A stretch of DNA of 64,000 nt from an uncultured Clostridia bacterium (lineage in GTDB: Bacteria; Bacillota; Clostridia; Christensenellales; UBA3700): contig CALWHM010000004.1 of NCBI GenBank assembly GCA_944380395.1, forward strand, positions 8,379-72,378, in the 5' to 3' direction. Below the pieces are notes generated by a model. It was not told where the DNA came from and searched no databases. It saw only the letters and a program-made list of their open reading frames with translations. Position numbers and translations under genes: made by a program. Numbering within the stretch: position 1 is the stretch's first letter; the number at the start of each line of letters is the position of its first letter. Below are positions 58,671 through 64,000 of this stretch, in pieces.

Positions 58671-60012
58671 TCAAGTCCGCCGCCTGCCAAACGGTGCCGG
58701 CGCCCATTACCAACAGCACATCCCCCGCCGAAGTCTTGTTCAAAGCAAGCTCGGCGGCTTTTTTATAGTCGGGAGCATAACAAGCCCTAACTCTTCCGTC
58801 CGCCGCAATGCGCGAATAAAGGTCGTACCCGCTTCCGGACGGCTCGTATTTTTCCCTAGCCTTGTATGTGGGCAGTATGATAACTTCGTCTGCCGCGGAA
58901 AGCGCGTCTATGAACTCCTTCATAAGCGCTCTGGTCCTTGAAAAAGTGTGCGGCTCGAACATAGCCACCACCCGCTTTTTGCAATTTTGTCTTGCGGTGC
59001 TTATTGCGACTTCTATCTCCCCGGGATGATGGGCGTAATCATATATGACCTGCGCGCCGCGCGCGGTCTTCCCCTTGTAATCGAATCTGCCCTTGACTCC
59101 GTCAAACGCGCTCAAAGCGCTTGCGCATATATCGTCGCTTATCCCGCACTCGCTCGCCACCGCATATGCGGCAAGACAGTTTGCTATATTGTGCTTACCG
59201 GGTATTTTCGTTTCGACAAAGGCGCGCTTTATGCCGCATTTGACCAATGCAAATGAATATCCCCTGCCGTTAAAACGCACATCCTCGGGGTGAACGTCCG
59301 CGTCGCGCATATACCCGAAAGTGACGACCCTTTTGCCGTTTGTGTTAAGCGTCCGCTCCGTAGGAGAAAAACATACGACGCAGCCGTCCTTTGACGTATT
59401 TGAGATAAGGGCGTTATACGCCGCAACCATATCGTCCATATCTTTATAGCAGTCGGGGTGGTCGAACTGTAAATTCAAAACCGCCGTTACATATGGCGAC
59501 AATGTGAGAAAACTGCGGTTGTATTCGCACGCTTCCGTAACAAACCACTCCCTGCCGCAGTTTACGAGTCCTCCGCCTCCCGAACGCGGAGCTCCGCCGA
59601 TATGTCCCGTAAAAGACATTCCCGCACGCGAAAATATATCGCACAGCATTGCCGTCACCGTGGTCTTGCCGTGAGTGCCCGAAATTGCAATTGTCCTGTC
59701 GAACATCTTTGACAGCAGCCCTAGGAATGCTTTTCTTTCCAAAGTGGGGATATTTGCCGCACGGGCGGCGGAAAGCTGAGGGTGATAATACGGGACGGCT
59801 GCGGAATATACTACGGCGTCGCATTCCCTTATGACATCGGTATCCGACGGCGGCAGGATATGCACGCCGCACCTCTTCAAATCTTCAAGCACCGCCTCGG
59901 GAGAGTCGTCACTGCCCGAAACCGGCATCCCCTGCGCCGCGCACAGGCGCGCCAGAGAGCGCATACTCACCCCTCCGACTCCCACAAAATGAATATTTTT
60001 TATATTGTCCAT
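58654..60012 (-). CDS. murC: UDP-N-acetylmuramate-L-alanine ligase
   Basis: 452 aa with IHFVGVGGVSMRSLA and GTHGKTT motifs. Confidence 0.93.
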   Translation of the reverse strand: MDNIKNIHFVGVGGVSMRSLARLCAAQGMPVSGSDDSPEAVLEDLKRCGVHILPPSDTDVIRECDAVVYSAAVPYYHPQLSAARAANIPTLERKAFLGLLSKMFDRTIAISGTHGKTTVTAMLCDIFSRAGMSFTGHIGGAPRSGGGGLVNCGREWFVTEACEYNRSFLTLSPYVTAVLNLQFDHPDCYKDMDDMVAAYNALISNTSKDGCVVCFSPTERTLNTNGKRVVTFGYMRDADVHPEDVRFNGRGYSFALVKCGIKRAFVETKIPGKHNIANCLAAYAVASECGISDDICASALSAFDGVKGRFDYKGKTARGAQVIYDYAHHPGEIEVAISTARQNCKKRVVAMFEPHTFSRTRALMKEFIDALSAADEVIILPTYKAREKYEPSGSGYDLYSRIAADGRVRACYAPDYKKAAELALNKTSAGDVLLVMGAGTVWQAADLISSCT

Positions 60013-60017
60013 ATAAT

Positions 60018-60047
60018 ATTATATGCACGGATATTTATAACTGACCA
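60018..60047 (-). promoter_or_regulatory. candidate promoter abutting the murC start codon
   Basis: The minus strand reads TGGTCA-18 nt-TATAAT, then 5 nt (ATTAT, no SD) to ATG 60012. The -35 element is weak. Confidence 0.4.
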
Positions 60048-60050
60048 ACC

Positions 60051-60092
60051 GAAAAAAAATACAAAAGCCTCAAAACTTTCGTTTCAAGGCTT
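60051..60092 (-). terminator. rho-independent terminator after the FGGY kinase gene
   Basis: The minus strand reads AAGCCTTGAAAC-gaaa-GTTTTGAGGCTT, a 12-bp stem with two G-U pairs and a GNRA loop, followed by TTGTATTTTTTTT. Confidence 0.8.
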
Positions 60093-60097
60093 AAATC

Positions 60098-61675
60098 TTA
60101 TTTTTCCGTCAGCGCTTTTTCAAGTCTTTTTTTCTTGTTCATATTGTATATGTTGAAATAGATATGCCTAACGGACGGATATATCTTGACGTACGCCTTT
60201 TCGTACAGTTCCCTGTACACGGCGGCGTTTTTGGGATCCGGCTCGAATATATCTTTCAGATGCACCATATTCTTTACCGCTTCTTCCCTGCCCTTGAACA
60301 GTCCGAGAGCGATAAAGCACGCCATAGAAGCGCCCAAGCCGCTGGTTTCAAAGGTCTGAACGCGATAGACCGGTCTGCCGAAAATATCGGCGGCGATGCG
60401 GCAAACGGCGTCACTTGAAGAGCCGCCGCCGGAAAGAGCAATGCTCTTGACCTTTATGCCCGCGCGGCGCTCCATATTCTCCAAACCCTCCAAAAGGGCG
60501 AAGTCTATGCCTTCTATTATGGCGCGGTACACGTGGTGACGGGTGTGCATATCGGAAAAGCCCATCATAGACCCTCTGGCTTCCGGAGTGGTGAGTCCCG
60601 GTCCCCAATAAGGCTGAATTAACAGCCCCTTGCTGCCCGGCGGTATCTGTTCCATATATTCGTCAAGGACTTTTTCCGCTATCACGCCGCGCTCTTTGGC
60701 TTCCAGCTGTTCGTGCAGCGCGAACTGTTCCCTGAACCAGCTGATCATCCAATATCCGCGGAATATCTGTATTTCGGGGTTGAATCTGTTGGGCGCCACC
60801 GCCGTATATGCGGGCATAAACGGAGTAGGCTCCACATATTTTTCCGTGGTTATCTGCACTGAAGCTGCCGTGCCGTACGATACGGAAGCCACCGTGCCGT
60901 CTATCGCGCCCACGCCGAACGTTTCGCACGCCTTATCCGCGCCCGACGCCACAACGGGAGTGCCCTCGGGAATGCCGCATTCCTCAGCAGCCCGCGCGGT
61001 TATGCCGCCTATTATGGTGCAAGGCTCAACCAAATCGCACATCTTATCCACTGGAGTGCCGAACACGGGGAAAGTAAGCCCCCTGGGACTCATCCAAGTT
61101 CTGTGGCGGTAATCGTAAGGAAATTTTGCCGCCTGACCCGCCTTGCTGTCCGCAAGTTTGCCGGTAAGCTTATAAGTGTAGAAAGCCGAAGGCATTACTA
61201 TTTTAGCCGTTTTTTCCCAAACTTCAGGCTCATTCACACGCACCCAATTGGTATAGCAGGTGCGGCGCTGCACGTTTACGACTTCCTTCATTCCCGCTAT
61301 GCCGTAAAGTATCCTGTTGAAAAGAGGGAGCTTGTCCGGACAGTCCACTTCGCGCTTGTCCAGCCAAAAAATGGCGTTCCTGCTAGGCTTTCCGTCCTTA
61401 TCCAAAAACACGAGAGAGTTCCTTATGGAAGTTACGGATACGGCGGCTATGTCCTTCCACCTCTCCCCCAGCTTTTCCTTTGCCTGCAAGGAGACCTTGC
61501 ACATATCTTTCCATATACTCTCGCAATCGGCTTCCGCGCGTTGATCCGCGTCCGATATATATAATTTGCCCGGCTGTTTTACTATAAGCACGGGCTCGCC
61601 TTTCGTATCGAAAACCAGGGCGCGCGTAGCTTGCGTGCCCACGTCGAATATTAAAGCAAGTTCGGTTCCTTTCAT
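60098..61675 (-). CDS. FGGY-family carbohydrate kinase (substrate unknown)
   Basis: Has FDVGTQATRALVFD (phosphate-1 motif), a GADKACE catalytic Asp region, and C-terminal ALSGGGSSSDAVCRIAADIFGRPV. I prefer ATG 61675 (SD AAGGGTG) over the GTG at 61681. Confidence 0.8.
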   Translation of the reverse strand: MKGTELALIFDVGTQATRALVFDTKGEPVLIVKQPGKLYISDADQRAEADCESIWKDMCKVSLQAKEKLGERWKDIAAVSVTSIRNSLVFLDKDGKPSRNAIFWLDKREVDCPDKLPLFNRILYGIAGMKEVVNVQRRTCYTNWVRVNEPEVWEKTAKIVMPSAFYTYKLTGKLADSKAGQAAKFPYDYRHRTWMSPRGLTFPVFGTPVDKMCDLVEPCTIIGGITARAAEECGIPEGTPVVASGADKACETFGVGAIDGTVASVSYGTAASVQITTEKYVEPTPFMPAYTAVAPNRFNPEIQIFRGYWMISWFREQFALHEQLEAKERGVIAEKVLDEYMEQIPPGSKGLLIQPYWGPGLTTPEARGSMMGFSDMHTRHHVYRAIIEGIDFALLEGLENMERRAGIKVKSIALSGGGSSSDAVCRIAADIFGRPVYRVQTFETSGLGASMACFIALGLFKGREEAVKNMVHLKDIFEPDPKNAAVYRELYEKAYVKIYPSVRHIYFNIYNMNKKKRLEKALTEK

Positions 61676-61683
61676 ATTCACCC

Positions 61684-62604
61684 TTATTTATCTTTTTCGG
61701 TATGCCCCTGCGTCTTTCCGCGTCTTATGCAAAAAACCGCGTCGCAGACGACGGACATAACCGCAATACTTATTATCGCACCTGCAGCGACATCTGTCAA
61801 GTAATGATGCCCTCCCATAAGCCTGCCCAGCATAGTGCAGGCAATGAATACAAACGACAGTATGAAATATATCACTCTGTACACGGGTTCGTCATCATTC
61901 AAAGTAAGCAGAGGCGCAAAGAGCAGAATACCCATACAGCACGCCGCGTGTCCCGAAAAGAAGGACTCTCCGCCGAAATCAGACGGCGTATACCACGCGG
62001 TGAACGGAGCGCCTTCCGCCACTTCAAAAGGGCGCGCCCTGCCCCAAAGCATTTTTACGCCTTGCGTAAGCGCGGCTATCAACACTACGGCGATAATCAC
62101 CGCTATCGCCCAATACTTTGCCCTTTCTATTTTTTCGCGCGGAACGCGCGGCAAAATTATCGTGAAGAATACAAACAGCGCAACTCCAGCCATGCCGCAC
62201 ATTGCAAGGGACATAAGGCTCTCTTCCGTTATCAAATCGAAGACGTCCTTGAACATAAACGCGGCGCATGCCGCTCCGCCCAAGCAAAACGCAACTTTTT
62301 TTATCGCATACCACGCCGTATCCGCGCGCTTTTTGTCTGCGGTTTTCGCCGAAACTTCTCCGTCTTTTGCCTCCGAATCAGGCTTTTTTACGGTGTAAAA
62401 CGCTACGGCGCACGCCAAAGATCCCGCCAAAAACAGCGGCATTTTCCCAAGCGCTTCCGTGCTTAAGACGATAAAGCCCTCTCCCGTGTACAGTTTTTCC
62501 GCTATGAGTCTGTCATATACGGAGCCGACCGCCAGCAGTACGGCAAATAAGACAAGCAGTATGACCTGCGCAAATACGACTTTTTTTAAGCTCATTCTTC
62601 TCAT
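61684..62604 (-). CDS. PAP2-superfamily membrane phosphatase (paralog 2)
   Basis: 306 aa and polytopic. Has the PAP2 motifs WGRARPF, FFSGHAA and GRLMGGHHYLTDV. The start forms an ATGA overlap with the upstream paralog. Confidence 0.75.
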   Translation of the reverse strand: MRRMSLKKVVFAQVILLVLFAVLLAVGSVYDRLIAEKLYTGEGFIVLSTEALGKMPLFLAGSLACAVAFYTVKKPDSEAKDGEVSAKTADKKRADTAWYAIKKVAFCLGGAACAAFMFKDVFDLITEESLMSLAMCGMAGVALFVFFTIILPRVPREKIERAKYWAIAVIIAVVLIAALTQGVKMLWGRARPFEVAEGAPFTAWYTPSDFGGESFFSGHAACCMGILLFAPLLTLNDDEPVYRVIYFILSFVFIACTMLGRLMGGHHYLTDVAAGAIISIAVMSVVCDAVFCIRRGKTQGHTEKDK

Positions 62605-63641
62605 TTTGTCACTTCCTGTTCCGCTTGAGCGGCGGTCTTTTCTCTGCCTTCTTCCGCGGCGCTGCCTTCCGCGTTTTCGGGCGACTGCGGTTCGGTATCC
62701 TTCACCGCAAAAAGCTTTTCATTGAACGTAAACTCGAATTTGCCGTTCCTGAAAAACAAGAAGCGCACGAGCACGAATATCAGATATGTTATGTATCCGC
62801 CCGCCAGCACGTCCGAAAGGAAGTGCGCGCAGTTGACTATGCGGGACACTGCGGTCAAGGCGACGAACGCAAAGCAGCTTGCGTTTACGATAGCCCTTGC
62901 CTTGAAGTTGTTCAGTTTGGGGACCACATCGCACAGCGCGGCAAGGATAAATATGTTCGCCGCTGAAGACGTATGTCCGGACGGGAAGGACTTGTATGTT
63001 TCCTCACCGTTGCCTATATTCACCACATACCAAGGGGTAAAGCCTTCCGTGGAGCCTGCCGCAAGCATATCGCGGTATCTCATTCTGCCCCACAGCATCT
63101 TCATTATCTGCATAACTATGAGCGCAGACACCATAAACACGAGTGAAAAGATGGCAAATTTAAGCAGTCTTTTCATTATTTCAGGTTTGATAAGACTGCC
63201 CACCCACAGTCCGAACGCTCCGCCCACAAAGCCGCCGAATATCGCAAACATCGTAAGTCCGGGAATGCCGTACACCGCGTCTATGCGTCCGGGTTTGGTA
63301 CCCGCATATATCCACATAAAATACCCCAACCAGCTGAGCACCAGCCCCAATATGCGCATAAACACGCGCATTTGCTTGGTATTGAAGTATTTTGCGGTAT
63401 AGAAGAATATCGGCGCGCAGAACGGCAGAACCAAATATGAAGGAGCCTCTCCGACCACCTCAAAGAAAGTGCCGAACAAGTTCTCCATATCCCCTATGGC
63501 TTGGCTTATCTGCAAATCGTAAAACGCCGCAACAGCCATAAGTCCGGCAAAACCGAACAGTGATACTATGTTCAGACCGATATACAGCTTGCTTCTGAAC
63601 TTAGCGTCATTGAGCTTTCCCTGAATAGATGTGTTTTCCAT
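62601..63641 (-). CDS. PAP2-superfamily membrane phosphatase (paralog 1)
   Basis: 346 aa and polytopic. Has the PAP2 motifs WGRMRYRD, FPSGHTS and SRIVNCAHFLSDV, plus an acidic C-terminal tail. Confidence 0.75.
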   Translation of the reverse strand: MENTSIQGKLNDAKFRSKLYIGLNIVSLFGFAGLMAVAAFYDLQISQAIGDMENLFGTFFEVVGEAPSYLVLPFCAPIFFYTAKYFNTKQMRVFMRILGLVLSWLGYFMWIYAGTKPGRIDAVYGIPGLTMFAIFGGFVGGAFGLWVGSLIKPEIMKRLLKFAIFSLVFMVSALIVMQIMKMLWGRMRYRDMLAAGSTEGFTPWYVVNIGNGEETYKSFPSGHTSSAANIFILAALCDVVPKLNNFKARAIVNASCFAFVALTAVSRIVNCAHFLSDVLAGGYITYLIFVLVRFLFFRNGKFEFTFNEKLFAVKDTEPQSPENAEGSAAEEGREKTAAQAEQEVTK

Positions 63642-63671
63642 ATTTCCACCTTATGCGGCAGCGCCGCTTTA

Positions 63672-63965
63672 TTATTCCGACTTGCCGTCGCCCTTGTTGT
63701 TATCGCCGTCCCCGAACAACTCTTTTTCGCTTAAAGCGCATTCTTCCGCTTCGCGCTTTACTGCCTGCTCCTTGTTCTTCTTTTTAATGACAACGGCTGC
63801 GATTATTATCGCTACGGCGCATACCGCCAAAACGCCCACGACTACTCCCGCTATCTCTCCTATGCTCATAACCTTTCTGTCCGCATTTTCGGCGGTGTAG
63901 TCGTAAAGTTCGTTATTTCTTTCTATCGCCTTGTTCGTTTCAAAGGCGTTGGCATATTCCGCCAT
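63672..63965 (-). CDS. hypothetical single-pass membrane protein
   Basis: 97 aa with one central TM helix (IAGVVVGVLAVCAVAIIIAAVVI) and a charged C-terminal tail. Its ATG overlaps the stop (TAATG) of an unidentified upstream ORF that runs off the window end. Confidence 0.45.
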   Translation of the reverse strand: MAEYANAFETNKAIERNNELYDYTAENADRKVMSIGEIAGVVVGVLAVCAVAIIIAAVVIKKKNKEQAVKREAEECALSEKELFGDGDNNKGDGKSE

Positions 63966-64000
63966 TATATATCCGCAGTCCTGCTCGTCATACGCAAAAT

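Overview
This window is chromosomal core sequence from a Bacillota (Firmicutes) genome, probably a Clostridia-type lineage; that placement is an inference from gene content and Bacillus/Clostridium-like synteny. I call 55 protein-coding genes, 52 of them on the minus strand. They sit in long operons with overlapping or near-abutting stop and start codons.

Operons in transcription order:
- yicC-gmk-rpoZ-coaBC-priA-def-fmt-rsmB
- pcrA-ligA
- an Rrf2::NifS fusion, followed by a BspA-like LRR lipoprotein
- a roughly 14.4 kb unit: (CBM + polytopic membrane protein)-comM-dprA-topA-trmFO-hslV-hslU-hisS-aspS-glyA
- ylxM-ffh-rpsP-KH-rimM-trmD-rbgA-rnhB-yraN, then rplS on its own promoter
- smc-ftsY
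- rpmF-plsX-rnc
- pta-ackA
- rpmE, then DUF1385::prmC-prfA-(citrate/homocitrate-synthase-like)-thrC, then galU
- murC
- a small membrane protein-PAP2-PAP2-FGGY kinase operon

Only tmcAL, dinB and a degenerate MDR-dehydrogenase-like gene are on the plus strand. Many sigma-A type promoters (TTGACA-17-TATAAT class) and rho-independent terminators can be read directly from the sequence.

I found no rRNA, tRNA, CRISPR array, IS element, transposase, integrase, phage gene or recognisable defence gene. I also do not see a self-contained novel multi-gene system. The best leads are:
- two in-frame gene fusions (Rrf2::cysteine desulfurase and DUF1385::PrmC)
- a CBM-tethered GT-C-like membrane protein that heads the comM-dprA-topA operon
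- four genes whose consensus promoters abut the start codon with no Shine-Dalgarno (a leaderless-type layout)
- a catalytically degenerate MDR-fold protein
- a doubly anchored 1016-aa surface protein
- a PAP2-PAP2-FGGY operon

All functional calls rest on motifs I can read in the translations plus remembered family knowledge. No database search was run.
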